From Epiperipatus broadwayi (lineage: Eukaryota; Animalia; Onychophora), in NCBI GenBank assembly GCA_028023455.1, contig JAQFVV010000002.1, positions 26,536,001-26,600,000 on the forward strand: DNA of 64,000 bases, read 5' to 3'. Position numbers and translations under genes: made by a program. The stretch's first letter is position 1. Each line of letters starts with the position of its first letter. Below, piece by piece: positions 13,437 to 26,454 of the stretch. A model generated the notes under the pieces. The model saw only the letters and a program-made list of their open reading frames with translations. It was not told where the DNA came from and made no database searches.

Positions 13437-14815
13437 TGTAACATTTATTTATATACGTTGCAAATATATTGGCATTTGGTAGAAGCTAAAAAAATAAAAG
13501 TAAATTTAGATTTTTTTTTGACTAATTTTTTTTTTAAAAAAAAATAACGTACAATGAAAGTTAAATTATTCTTTCGGTTTTTTTTATGTAATTAGAAATA
13601 AAAGTTAGAATTGGAGAGAACAAAAGACACAAAATTACCAATCTAGATAAGAGAAAGTAAAAATATTTCAACTAATTAAAGATGGCAGAATTATGCTGAA
13701 AAAAATAGAGACTTTGTAACATAAATTTTATAAAGAATATATAAGATTATCAACGGATATTTGGACAAACAAAAGATATGCGCAGAAGTCGGAAAACTGG
13801 GCCTCTAGAGAGTATAAAAGGCAGAGATCAGTTTGAAGGACATCTTGTTCGTTTTGTTTCTCTAGTTGGTCTTGGATAACATTAATATATCCAAGATCGC
13901 TCTTCGCTGAAGGAATTCGGCATGTCGCAGTGAACCGGAGCTCCTGAAGACATCGGACCTAAGGATGTACACCAGGAAAAGCCTTCGTGACCGACTGGGG
14001 AAATGGACCACAAGATCAAGCAATAACCAAAAGGCCGAGCTCATTATAACCAAAAAAACTATGCATAGTTATCTACTACTGAATTCCCAAAACTTACCGG
14101 TAAGTAATGCTTCATTATCCTGATTGTGACAAAAGTAACGTTTGCAAACAATTCTTAAAAATAAGCTTATAATAGGATCCCGATAGAGACTCTTATTTAA
14201 CCAAGAACTTTGTAATTAATTATTCAGCAGTTATTTTTTCATTATTAATGTTTCACGTCAGAATTAAGTGTATTCTCTCCAATTTATTTGATAAATAATT
14301 TATTTCAAACATTTTTTATCTATTAGAATAAATATATTTCTAATACCAATTTTCATTTGTGCGTTATTAATAATAGTTATTATTTTTTATTATTAAATCT
14401 ATTAGTAGTTTAATAAGATTTAAAAATGTAATTTACCTTTGCCAATATGTTTGAATAAGCCCAGGAATAATAATCTTAAAAAAAAGATAATTCTAGTTTA
14501 CCATAAAATTACCGATTCTTAAAATCTAAGACCAATAATTTTAAAAATATTTTGTTTTACAACTTGCGAGAGGTGCTGGCGACATATTTCAGCGGATTCT
14601 TAGGAATTCTGGCGCCCATATGAAATAAAATTAAAAGTTGATTTTGTCAATAGCACAATTCGTAACAATTAATAGGCTGAAGTTGATCAGGAAAAATAGC
14701 TGTGTTTTTGGGAAAAGAAATACAACTTTCTTTTTCTTTTGATACAGCTTGATCAACTCACGCTCAAATATAAATTTGAGGCGTATAGTGGCCAAGCAAA
14801 ACGGAAAACGTTACA
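13437..14815. mobile_element. Solo LTR (1379 bp) with 4-bp TSD
   Basis: Termini TGTAAC...GTTACA, with ATAT at 13433-13436 and 14816-14819. The sister palindrome arm preserves the empty site (tttATATtaaactc). CpGs are retained. Confidence 0.8.
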
Positions 14816-16033
14816 ATATTAAACTCTGTATTAACAATTGACACGAATTGTTATTTATATTATTTTTATACATAATTAAAATAAATATAGTATTCTGATG
14901 CAATTTTCAAAAGAGCAGGTGGTAATTAGTGACTTAGTCTTTGGATACTTACTGAGCTTGCTTTGGGAAAGTAATTTATTATCTATCAGCTAATTTCACT
15001 TTGTTATTATTTATAATTTCAAGAAATTAACAGAGATCTCTTTCGGTAAAAAAAACTAGTGATTTGGACATTAATAGCTGCAAGAATTTACCATGCTATT
15101 TTTATACAGATCACGAGACGATCTGGTATTTATTTTAAATATATGACTGGTGGTATAATTTTACTTTCAAGTAAAAATTATTTTGAAAGTATATGTTCAT
15201 GAGTATATTCATTTTATTGCAAATGCTATGTAATGCAAGGTAATATTGGGCAATTTTTAAAACATAAAATATATCTTTTAATCAATAAGGATTTTTAAAA
15301 ATAATGGTTATTGAGCTAATTGCAGATCACTAAGAGAAGAGATTCTAATAATCTGGAAACTTTATAGCTGATTAAATAATCTTCCATAACTATTCCATCA
15401 CCCAAAATAGTTTTTCCAACCAGTTTTATGTCTCTCACACAAAATAGGTTGTTAGAACATACTTTCAAAAGTAAAACTGATATTATAATGCCATTAATAA
15501 TTCATACTCATTCAGTTTCAATACTTTATTCTGAAGCTGTTGATATTTTTCCTTAAGTAGTATTTTTATATACATTTTTAAGCTTATTTAATTATGAGAT
15601 TTAACTATGACAGGATGATTTAACTGCAACAAGTACATTGTAATATACTAATTGAGATACTCATGTAAATAAAAATATGTCTTGTCACTGAACATGATAT
15701 TCTTTGTATTAAAAAATAAATAATCCAATATAGAACATAGAAGTCTATATTTTCACATACTTTTTGTACAAAATGTTTATGAATTTGAATTATTGATACT
15801 CAGATATCTTTGGTAGTTCAATTTCAGATATAGTCTTTTTTTAATTTTTAAGTTTTATAATCATCATTTGATGTTCTGGAAATCTCTTTAATTCTTAAAT
15901 ATATTATGCTATTGTGATGAAATTTTTTTTAGATGTTTTTGATTGGCTAAACCAAGAAGAAAACTGTGACAATTCCTGTTATCTCTTAATAGCATATTAA
16001 CTACTATTTCCCATTGCATTGTCAAATGTATAC

Positions 16034-16334
16034 CATATAATAATTAATTGATGAAACACTATATTACTTTTACAATGCTTTATTATCCACCCTTTCCTTC
16101 TGTTACAGTTTCGATTGCCCCAGCAATCTTCTTCAGAACCTTATATCTCCTAATCTCACTGTTATAATCAAATTTTTAAAAAAAATTTTAAAAATTTGAT
16201 TATAACAGTGAGATTAGGAGATGTAAGGTTCTGAAAAAGATTGCTGGGGCAATCAAAACTGTAAACAGAAGGAAAGGGTGGATAATAAAGCATTATAAAA
16301 ATAATATAGTGTTTTATCAATTAATTATTATATG
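16034..16334. repeat. Near-perfect ~150-bp hairpin with two family D hammerhead motifs
   Basis: Arms meet at an ~4-nt A loop near 16183. Minus 16101-16140 reads gtt-CTGAAGA-a-gattgc-tggg-gcaatc-GAAAC-T-GTA. The plus copy at ~16227-16268 is decayed. Confidence 0.85.
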
Positions 16335-17011
16335 ATTAATAGCATATTATAGATTCGCATCAAATATTGTATTTTATTTACAAAAAAAAAATACATGAGC
16401 GATTTTTTTTATATCTGATGCAAGTATGCATTTTTATTCATTATTTATTCACTGTAAGGTGGACGTTTTTGTGGGTTTAATCCAGGTTTTTTTAATTTAT
16501 ATGTTTTCTTCACATTTCTTCCATAAACTTCATTATTTTAATTGAAGTTTCTAGACTAGATCTCAAGAGAAAGGCGAAAAAGATATCAGATACATTTTAG
16601 TGCTATTTGACAGTATTCCATCTACAATTGTGTTTCAAACAAAATCTAATTACAATTATAATACTGATATTTTCGTTACAGTTATTTACTTATTCATACA
16701 CAAACTTAGAGATCTAATTAATATATTTAATTTTAAAACTTTTTAAAGATTCACATTTTTTGATTTAGTCAGTGCTTCAAGTATTGTTAATTAAATCCAA
16801 ATTTTTTATTGGTCTAAATATGAGCATATTTATTCATTTCATTAATACCCAGTGTGATTTAGGGCTAAATCACTAAACATCACATGATCACCATTTTTTA
16901 TGCTTTTGCTCAAGCTGTTAAAACAGGCAAAACTCTCCATTCTGTGCAAGCCAGAATAATCAATGGATACAAGAAGGTTTGTGCATGAAATTCATATTTA
17001 GTGTCTACTCA

Positions 17012-17068
17012 TCCAATATCCCCAGACTAGTTTCTAGCTTGTGGCTTTCATCAGTGAGGAGCCTTGGG
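17012..17068 (-). ncRNA. Type I hammerhead ribozyme, family A
   Basis: ccaaggctcctca-CTGATGA-a-agc-cacaa-gct-a-GAAA-c-ta-GTC-tggggatattgg. Stem I tcctca/tgggga plus ccaa/ttgg. Confidence 0.85.
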
Positions 17069-17413
17069 TCTGAGAGCACTGCACCTACCTCTCCAGCAGC
17101 CACTTTTTATCTCTACTTAACTACAAAACTATGAGTCTAAAATTGAAAATATATACTAGTATTTTCAACCCAAGATCATTATATTAGATAGTCATATAGG
17201 CCTGAACTCATTTCAGTACCCATACATTTTGGTGTCATTGGTTCTTTAATAACCATAACCACCATTATGGCTATATGACCATATAAGTTAATGAACTTGG
17301 ATTGAAAATATTATGTTTCCAATTTTAGATTCATAGTTTTGTCGTTAAGGAGAGATAAAAGGTGGCTGCTGGAGGTTGCATTAGATCCTAAGATCCAGTG
17401 CAGTGTTCTCAGA

Positions 17414-17470
17414 TCCAAGGCTCCTCACTGATGAAAGCCACAAGCAAGAAACTAGTCTGGGAGTATTGGA
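17414..17470 (+). ncRNA. Type I hammerhead ribozyme, family A
   Basis: CTGATGA at 17428-17434 and GAAACTAGTC at 17448-17457. Predicted cleavage 3' of C17457. Confidence 0.8.
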
Positions 17471-19224
17471 TGAGCAGGCGCTAGATAGGGATTTTATGTA
17501 GAAACCTTCTTGCATCCATTGATTACTCTGGCTTGCACTGAATGGCACTACTGTATGGAGAGTTTTTCCAGTGATTTAGTGCAGTGGTAGAGTATCAGAT
17601 TTTGGAGTGTGAGGATCTTTAATTGAGTTCAATTCAAGAAATTTGGGTGCTTGACTTCTTATGAACACCCAAGCAATAAAGCCATTTGGTTATTTATTAA
17701 CGAAGAGCACAAGGAATAGAAATGTATATCTTTTACTTGTCATTTACTGAGAACATATGAAGTAATTTATAATAATTCAAAATTATTAGTAGCATCCATT
17801 GAAGGTGTTATTACATGTTATTGAAGAATACCAAAATTAATATTGATGAAATATTTTCTATTGGAAATTTCAAGTAGATAAAAAACAAACTTTATTCTCA
17901 ACTCTCATGTATTGCCATGTTTATATCATTTGCATTGTTCTAGAAATGAACAGGACGTTCAAAAAATAAACCACAACAATTTCTTTAAAACAAAAATTGT
18001 GATATAACCTTTTACAATAAATATTGCATGTATATATCTTAATGATATAATTCTAAAATTGTAGATGCTAAAATGAATTATGTTAAGGAATAATCAGGTA
18101 ACAATAGATGTTTCCTATTATTAAATATGTCAAGTACAGTATTCAATTGTTAAATTAACAAATCAACAAATAACAAGTGTAACAGAAGTGGATTTGTTTT
18201 AAATTAATGTTATAAATATTCAGAGATTTAAAAACGACCCTTTTCTATCTTTCATAATCCCTTTTCTATCTTTCATAATTAGCATTGTAAATCTTAAACA
18301 TGCATTTTATTGCTAACATTTAACAATAGGCGGAGCTTGAATCTTAGAGTTGGCAGTCACATCATTAGAATAGGACTGTCGATTGCTAAATTAAAAATAA
18401 ATTGTAGTGATGCAATCATAGAATAAATTGTGCTATGAAGATGGCAAGCTGTTTCCAAGTATTAGATAATACTCAAAAGTTATTGTAATATTGTATCGAC
18501 TAATTACTCAATCTGCCTTTGGATGAAAAACTTAAACATACTGATATATTCATTCATAGTTGATTAATAATTGTATCAAATTTCATGTAAAGGAATTGAG
18601 ATGCAAGTAGTTCTGATAGAGGACAGTTAAAATATGACTGGCTAATGCTTAGCAGTAGTTATTCTATACTTTTATTCATTAGTTCACCCTGTTTAATTTA
18701 TATTCAACTTAACCATAGATGGCTGTAATGTAAAAGTAAAAAGACAGTGATTTATTGCATCTAAAAACAAATGTTAAGTGTAATCTTGCAATATCATGTG
18801 ATATTTTGTTAGTATGTTTCTTTACAGTCAGATTAGAATATTTTTTTAGTTGATCAATTCTTTTACAAAATATTATTATTATTAATAATGTCTTAGTACT
18901 ATTCATAACTTTTCAGCAAGGGTTAATTCTTACAAATTGACTTTTCATATTTCTTGGTGCAAAGTTGCTATTATCTTTGCAGTAATCTTAAAATCCTATT
19001 TTTTAGTAATATATTAATAACTAAATTGTATATTCTTATAAAATTTTAAATTACTTCATTGAAAGGCTTTGATATCAAAATATTCCATTTAAAATTCATG
19101 TTTTAAAATGTTATTGACTGATCATCTCATTCTCTGTATTTGTATGCCATATGTTTAAATTTTTAAACCGTTAAAAATCGCATAATCACCATTTCTTATC
19201 CTTACACAAGCTGTTATAACAGTA

Positions 19225-19575
19225 GCGAACTCTTCATACTATAGTGCGATCCTATGCAACCTATAGCAGTCAATGGATGATAAAAAGTTTGTGCATAAAA
19301 TCTCTATCTATTGCCTACTCATTCAGTATCGCTAGACCAGTTTCTAGCTTGTGGCTTTCATCAGTGAGGAGTCTTGGATCTGAGAGCACTGCACCTAGAT
19401 CTTTGGATCTAATGCAACTCTCCAGTAGCCATCTTTTACCTATTTAGTTAACTATAAAGCTGTGAAAGCCATAGGCTGTGGTAATGGAGTAGTAAACATT
19501 AGATAGAGATTTTGTGTACAAATCTAGCATCCGTTGATTGCTATGGTTTGCACTATATATGTAGAGTTTGCTACT
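19225..19575. mobile_element. Family A copy with fold-back; hammerhead at 19322-19378 minus
   Basis: Minus strand reads ctcctca-CTGATGA-aagccacaagcta-GAAACTGGTC. 19500-19575 is the reverse complement of ~19225-19310. Confidence 0.8.
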
Positions 19576-20509
19576 CTAAATTTTTTGAGAACATCTTCCT
19601 TATGAAAAACATTTTGTGTAGTACACCATAAGAAATGAAAATTGATGGGGTATCCTTAACTCTAAATGCCAAATAAAATTTACAGATATAAAAGTAGACA
19701 AGAATACTAACAGAAATACATAATAATCTGCCATGTGGTTATCAATATTGGAATACGTTCTTATTTTTTTTAAAATGTATGCTTGATAGAATTATTTTCA
19801 AAATCAATATAATTAAAACTGTTACCAATAACAGGCTTGTGTTACATCATCTGTATTTGGGGCACTTTTTTTTAACTGCTCACCATTACTTAATCTATAG
19901 TAATAGGTTTAACAGTCAAAATTAGATCCTGCATCTCAAAATGAGAGGTAGGGGACATCAGAATTTGAGTACACTTTAACTTGCTCTTTGATTTTTTTTT
20001 TATTTACTTATCTTTTCAACTCTAGGCAGATATAAGTTTAACCACATAAAAATTATACACATGTATCATTAGATGACTGTGTTATTTGTTTAATATTGAA
20101 TTTGAGGAGGTTATGAATAAAAGTATCCAACTAGAGATTAAATGGTGAAAATTGCAGTCACTTACAAAGAACAAAAAGTATTTCAATAGAGGCTGACCAT
20201 TGGTACTATACATACAGCAACAGATTAAGAATAACTTGGAGAACGGTAGATGATAAATCATGACATTTGTACCACCTAAAGAAAATTTATTGCATCGCTT
20301 AAAGATTTAACTGATATTATTAATTGCATTTTAATGTTAATATATATATATATTTAATAATTTTTAAAATAAATAGGGTATTAAAATTTATATCTTATAA
20401 CATTTTCAAATTTTATTTAAATTTATTTGTTTAGGGTATTATTTACATTTCTGTGAATAATTATGCATCCTGGACAAAAAGAATATTTTATAGATATTAA
20501 ATGGATTAT

Positions 20510-20890
20510 GTCCTGTACATGAGGGGTCAGATTGACCTTAGGTCAACATGGGTGTGACAACAATCTCGGCCTCAGGGTGGCCTTTAAGTGTTCTGTCATC
20601 AGATTTTTAATTGGATGGATAGTTGAAGAGTTGGAGTGAGGAGTAGATTGAAGCCTGTCCATTAAAGTATGAAGATTGGCTATCTTAATATATATCTGAG
20701 CACTTATAGCATATATATGTAAAGATGGTAATCTGGACCAACCGATGATTGCTGGTTTAGCATGAAATACGTATATTGGTGATTATTTATCTTTTCAACA
20801 TATATGTGTTCAAGTGGATCAGTGTTATGTGATAAAGTGGAGAGTGGTGGGTGGTGTGAAAGTCTGTGCTCATATACCCTATATATTAGA
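20510..20890 (+). mobile_element. Family B element; hammerhead at 20724-20790 (U4C)
   Basis: accaa-CCGATGA-ttgct-ggttt-agcat-GAAA-tacgtat-a-ttggt, with extended stem I gtaatc/gattat. Confidence 0.75.
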
Positions 20891-21258
20891 TATTATAATT
20901 GTAAATATTGCAGAATAGAATTCAAATATATATATAAAATTAGAAAGTTAGTTTAATATACCTGCTTTTTTTATTAGTAATAATCATTAACATCTTTATC
21001 TGAAGTGGATGATGTCAAAGTTGTGAGTCCGAAAGTTTGATGCTAATAAATCAAATTGCAATATGTATAGTGTCAATACAAAATTATGTGCTCATTCATA
21101 ATCATAATTAGGTCAATGAAGTTTAAGGTTAATAGAAAAAATCTCTATGCTAAATAGTAAAAAAAAAATAAGGTTTTCAAATAAGCTTTAATTAAAAATT
21201 TATTTCTTATTTAAATGTTCTGTAATATTCTATTTTTGTAAGTATATTATGTTTATGT

Positions 21259-21376
21259 CAAGCATTGGTGGCCTAGTGGTTAGCGTAGCGGACTTCCAAG
21301 CAGCTGGCCGGGTTCGCTTCCTGGTCAACGCTTTGACACATGAATTTCGCTTCCTGGTTAACACTTTGACACATGA
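21259..21376 (+). mobile_element. tRNA-Gly(TCC)-derived SINE or retropseudogene
   Basis: 21262-21332 gcattggtggcctagtggttagc...cttccaagcag...gggttcgcttcctggtcaacgc resembles tRNA-Gly-TCC. A 33-nt tandem duplication is at the 3' end. 15-bp TSD atattatgtttatgt at 21244-21258 and 21377-21391. Confidence 0.8.
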
Positions 21377-23549
21377 ATATTATGTTTATGTTATTGCCTT
21401 ATTTTTCTTTTAAACTTGATAAATCTATTAATTCAGGAAAATATTATAACACATAATATTTTTATTTCAAATCCTATTTGTTTCCAATCTGTATTAATAT
21501 ATAATTTTATTATTCCTATGTTTCAAACTTACTTTATGGTTATTATCAATATATTCTTTATACATAATACAAATATATATATAATGAAAACAATCACAAA
21601 ATGAAAAGAAGTTAAATAGATTATTTAAATAGTAAATTCCGTTATAGGAAATGAGATATTCTTCTTGGTCATTCATTAATATGATAATACTTTTAAATTT
21701 AGTTCTCTTTGTATATTAAGAAAATCATCTTGAACAACTACAGCAGGAGATGTGAGAATAAATCAATCCAATTATTTATTGTATGTTATTTATTAATCAG
21801 ACTGATTTTTATTTAACAAAGTAATAATAATTATACTTATAAAGCACATACTCGTTACATAAAATAATATTTATTAAGGCTATAACCTTAAGACAATGCA
21901 CCTGAAAAAATGACAATAGAGACCATAGCCTTAATAAATATTACTTTAACAAAATAATGTAATTTTTTCTTATTTCAAACTTTTTAATATACATTTCAAT
22001 GATAAATATATAATAAAAACAATCACAAGGTGATTGTTGTATTGTCAAATGACTTGCAGGAGTGTGTCTAAATTATTATAATAGTATTTACTATTTAAAC
22101 AATAACTAGTAATGTATTTTCATTTTGGGACTGTTTGCAATACATATTTAACATTTAAATGTTTATTACAAAGTTTAAAATAAAGAGGAATTTCTTTACT
22201 TTCTTAAATAAAAATCACTTTGCTTAATAAATAACTCACAATAAATAATTGAACTAGTCCACTAGAGGGAGCCTAGGACTCCTGTTTTTACTGTTACAGA
22301 CCCCCTGTTTTATTCACCAAAGTCATAGTCCAATTTTGGATTCATAGAAGAAAAGTTTACCAAGATGTAAGTGAATACCTGTTTTATTGTTTTTTCATCT
22401 TTATAAGAAATTTTAGAACAGTTTTCACTCAAGAATAATTGAGAGTATCTATTGATCCAGTTACACAAATGGCTGCCATTAGGAATAGGCAAAAGCTAGG
22501 TTAAATAATTCTAGGAATCATTAGAACAACATAAAACCTTGGAAAATAATTTTAAATCAATCCAAATAATTCTAAAAATAATAAAGACCCTAGACATCCA
22601 AATTTCTTGTTAGAATAAACAGAGAAATTATTTGGACATCAAAGCTCATAGAAAACGTGGAAAATAAAATGTTAGCAAAGACAGTTTTAAGAATATCATC
22701 GTTGCATCAGATATTAGAAATGTGAAACAAGTTTCTATGACTGCAAATCAATCAGGGAAGACAGAAAATGGCCTATGGATTATTATAGATACAAAAATTA
22801 ATCATAAAACTAAGGGGGAAAAAAAAAGAAATTTCAGTGTTAAATTGTTCATAGGAAAAAAGATATGACATCATGATGTCGAACCAGAAGTTGCCGAATG
22901 TGTCTAAACAGTGCAGATCAGAAAATTATTTTAAATATTAATTCAAACTCAATTTTAGAATTGAACATTATAGATTATGACTTAAGCCATCTCCCTTCAC
23001 AAAAATCAGGTTTCTCAAAAATTCTTGTCCCTTGGGGGGGGGGGCTCAAAAATTAAAAAAATTTTTTTTTCAAATCAACCCAGAATTACAATGAAGTGAT
23101 TTATGAGCAAAAAAGTAATAATTCAAAGACAAAATTAGTACAAATGATGTTTTAAATGTAAACAGAGACAGTGAAGCTGCAAATTAGTCATCCTCTTTCA
23201 AGCAATAATTATTGAGAACATTCCAAAGTTTAACAACAAACTTTCAGATTATACAACTGAATCCTTGATTGCTGAGCAAGACCTAAAATTTCAATCACAG
23301 GAAGCGGAACCCAGTTAGTATCAACAAATAAGAATCACTGTGAACCCTGAAGGACTTTAGATGGGTTGAACTGGTATTGTGAACATTTGCAGACACAGGA
23401 GGTTGATAATGATTAATGGCAGATTTTCAGCTCCATTGACTTCAGTGTGCAAGAAGATATGGACAAATGATTTGTTCTCATGGTATGCATGCAAATGTAG
23501 CTTGATGTCAAGACTACAATGAATCAAATGTATTTTGGTGGGCATGAGT

Positions 23550-25064
23550 TTGCACTCCCCTTTTTTTCCTCAGGTGTGGTGATGATGGTCATGAGGGGCT
23601 TTGTTCATTTGTGGGGGTTGTTGGCAATCATTGTCTAGCTGGCAATACCCACCAGGCAGGTGAAAGTCACTATCTTCACTTGGATGGCCTCCCGAGGGGC
23701 TACGACACCCCCTGATGGATAATTGGTTAGGTTAGTGTTGATTTGTGCTCACTATTATTAGGTTTCAAGAGTTAACCTCAGATTTAGAGCATTTGTAAGG
23801 TGGTCAGTCTGCTTTGGGCCATCACCAATTTTTGTAATATTGATGTAATATTTCATGGGCATGGGTCTGCATTCCTCATTTCTCCCTCAGGGGTGGCTGG
23901 GAGTGGTCGCCAGGGGTCTGGTCTATGGTGCAGGCTGTTGACATTTGTTGCCGTTACCTGAAAACCTGCTGAGGAGGATACCTGGTCAAAGTTTGTGCAC
24001 TGTTTTCCTTTCTGATGAGCTGCTGCACCTTGATGGGTTGGTTTGGGCAGTGCAGATCTGTGCTCATTATTCATTGTTTTGCTGTGTTGGCTTTCCAAGT
24101 TTGCGCAGGTAGATCAAATTTGGTCCCTGTGCATTTGGACTGTTAAACTGGGAGACAGAGTTATCCAGAATGATGGCTTGGCTGTGGGTTGAGGGTTTGT
24201 TGTCTTAATGGACCTGGGCCTTGGACCTTGTTGCCGGTTGTGGTGGTTGGCGCAATGCTAGACTTGTCCACCTCTTCAGCTGAAGCTCGAGTCTTTGCTT
24301 CAGGGCCCCGGGGATGGGATCATTGGACTATGGTTAACTTCTCGATGGTTGGACAAGATTATAGTAACCCTTTTATGGACATAATTATCATCTGGAGTGT
24401 GTCCTTTTGTAAACAAGATTAATAATTGTTTGGTTTTTTTGTACATTGAATGCTTTGCAATCACCATCAGGTAATTAGACCTGGAAGACTTTTATGTAAT
24501 CTTTAACAATAAGAGTTGCTTTGAAAGATAAATAATTGAACTGATTAATTTCCATACTTCTTGATGCAGTGGTTCAAGACAATTTTTTTAATATATGAAG
24601 AGAACTAAATGTGAAAGTGTTACTATTGGGAGACAGAGTTATCCAGAATGGTGGCTTGGCCGAGGGTTTGCTGTCTTGTGGACTTGGGCCTTGTACCTTG
24701 TTGCCTGTTGTGGTGGTTGGCACAATGCTGGACTTGTCCACCTCTTCAGCTGAAGCTTGAGTCTTTGCTTCAGGGCCCTGGGGATGCATTGGATTATGGA
24801 TAACTTCTCGATGGTTGGGCAAGATTATAGTAACCCCTTTGTGGATGTAATTATCGTCTGGAGTGTGTCCTTTTGTAGATTAATAATTGTTTGGTTTTTT
24901 TGTACATTGAATGCTTTGCAATCACCATCAGATAATTAGACCTGGAAGACTTTTATGTAACCTTTAACAATAAAGGTTGCTTTGAAAGATAAATAATCGA
25001 ACTGATTAATTCCCATACCTCTTGATACAGTGGTTCAAGACAATTTTTTTAATATATGAAGAGA
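23550..25064 (-). mobile_element. Decayed LINE ORF1-like fragment with ~450-bp tandem duplication
   Basis: GT-rich plus strand (AC-rich coding strand). 24149-24602 and 24627-25064 are direct copies. A possible decayed zinc knuckle is present. Confidence 0.5.
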
Positions 25065-25573
25065 AAAAAAAAAGATAGATGGCTATTCTATCTTTTCCAA
25101 AGACTTTATCATGTGGTTGAAGTGTTTAGTATTCATTCATTTTATATTTAAAATCCAAAGCGCATGTGCAACAGTTTAATGCTGTTTAAATATTATTGTT
25201 TATAAAAAAAACAAAAACATCATGCTATATAAAATAATTGACTTATTTATATATGAAGAGAACTAAATGTGAAAGTGTTACTATTGCAAAATGACTAGTG
25301 GAAGTGTATCTCATTTACTATAACATTTATTAATAACATGCTGATGCATTGCAGTGAAACTTTTTTATATAATAATTTTTGTAGGCAATTTATTATTTAA
25401 TAATCTATTTAATTTTATAGTATATCATAACAGGATGTTTCGCAGGCATATGTAATGCTATGATAACTGAAAATAATGCCATGTGTATGGTTCACCATTT
25501 GAAACAGGAAATGAAATATGCCTTATTAAAGCTTGTAATTCTATAATCTGTTAGTTTATTTTCTTCAGCAATT

Positions 25574-25822
25574 GTAATTGAGGTTTAAGCAATTGAAGAG
25601 ACCAAGTAAGAAAAGCTTAATACTGAAACAGTCTTAATATAGTATGCTTAGCATGCTTTCAATTTGCATAATACTGATAATATACTCTCCACCCACAATT
25701 TATTCATTCATTGCTATGATTATATTATCATGGCAAAAAATATTGAAAGCGTGCTTTATTAAAACTATTTCAGTGTTAAGTTTTTCTTACTTGGCTTCTC
25801 CAAGCACTTAAACCTCAATTAC
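25574..25822. repeat. Fold-back with a decayed family F hammerhead
   Basis: Arms ~25574-25665 and ~25742-25822. Plus strand reads tgct-ATGATTA(25716-25722)...GAAA-gcgtgc-tt; the other arm gives GAAA-gcatgc-ta-agca. Confidence 0.65.
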
Positions 25823-26454
25823 TATTAAAGTTTGTATTGATTTAAAATTTTTGCTTATAATAAAATGTATATTAATACCTTACTTTAAAGATACCAGTAA
25901 TGATCAAACCAAGCTAACTGTAATATTTAAAATTATTCCATTTCAGTGTCTTTTCAGAGGCATAATAGTTGTTTCAAGATGTAATCTGACAAAGACAACC
26001 TTTTATCACTACCTTCAGAATGCAAGGTTATTCTATGAATGTGCATTTTTTATTAACTTTTATATTATTGCTTCCAAGTTTTAGCTAGTGTAAAACAGTA
26101 ATTGAGAATGATGATCACAAACACTAAATACTCATAACAAATGATGGGATAAACACATAGATGAGAATGGGAATGAAATGAGAATATACAGAATTAAACC
26201 TATATTTATTAATGCAAATAAAAAATATATAATTACACTAATGTTACATGTGTATATAGATGGTTTGAATGCATACATCTGTGTCAAATATATACTTGTT
26301 TTTTAGTTAAACACTAGTTTTATTTTCACTTTTATCATATTATTATCTATTATTATTCTTAGATTATTCAGCAAATTACAAACTTAGCAATATATGACAA
26401 AGACTTCCGGATTCCCATCTAGCATAAATGCTAACATGCAATATTTAGTAGAGC

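Larger units (their letters stand above)
16861..17570. mobile_element. Family A retrozyme-like insertion, inverted pair
   Basis: A minus copy (16861-17270) is followed by a plus copy (~17270-17570). Homologous to 19225, 59220 and 61252. Confidence 0.85.

Noticed and set aside
17575-17645. tRNA gene-like A/B boxes (also ~62420-62470 and ~47435)
   Set aside because: No cloverleaf can be folded. At most these are old SINE heads.
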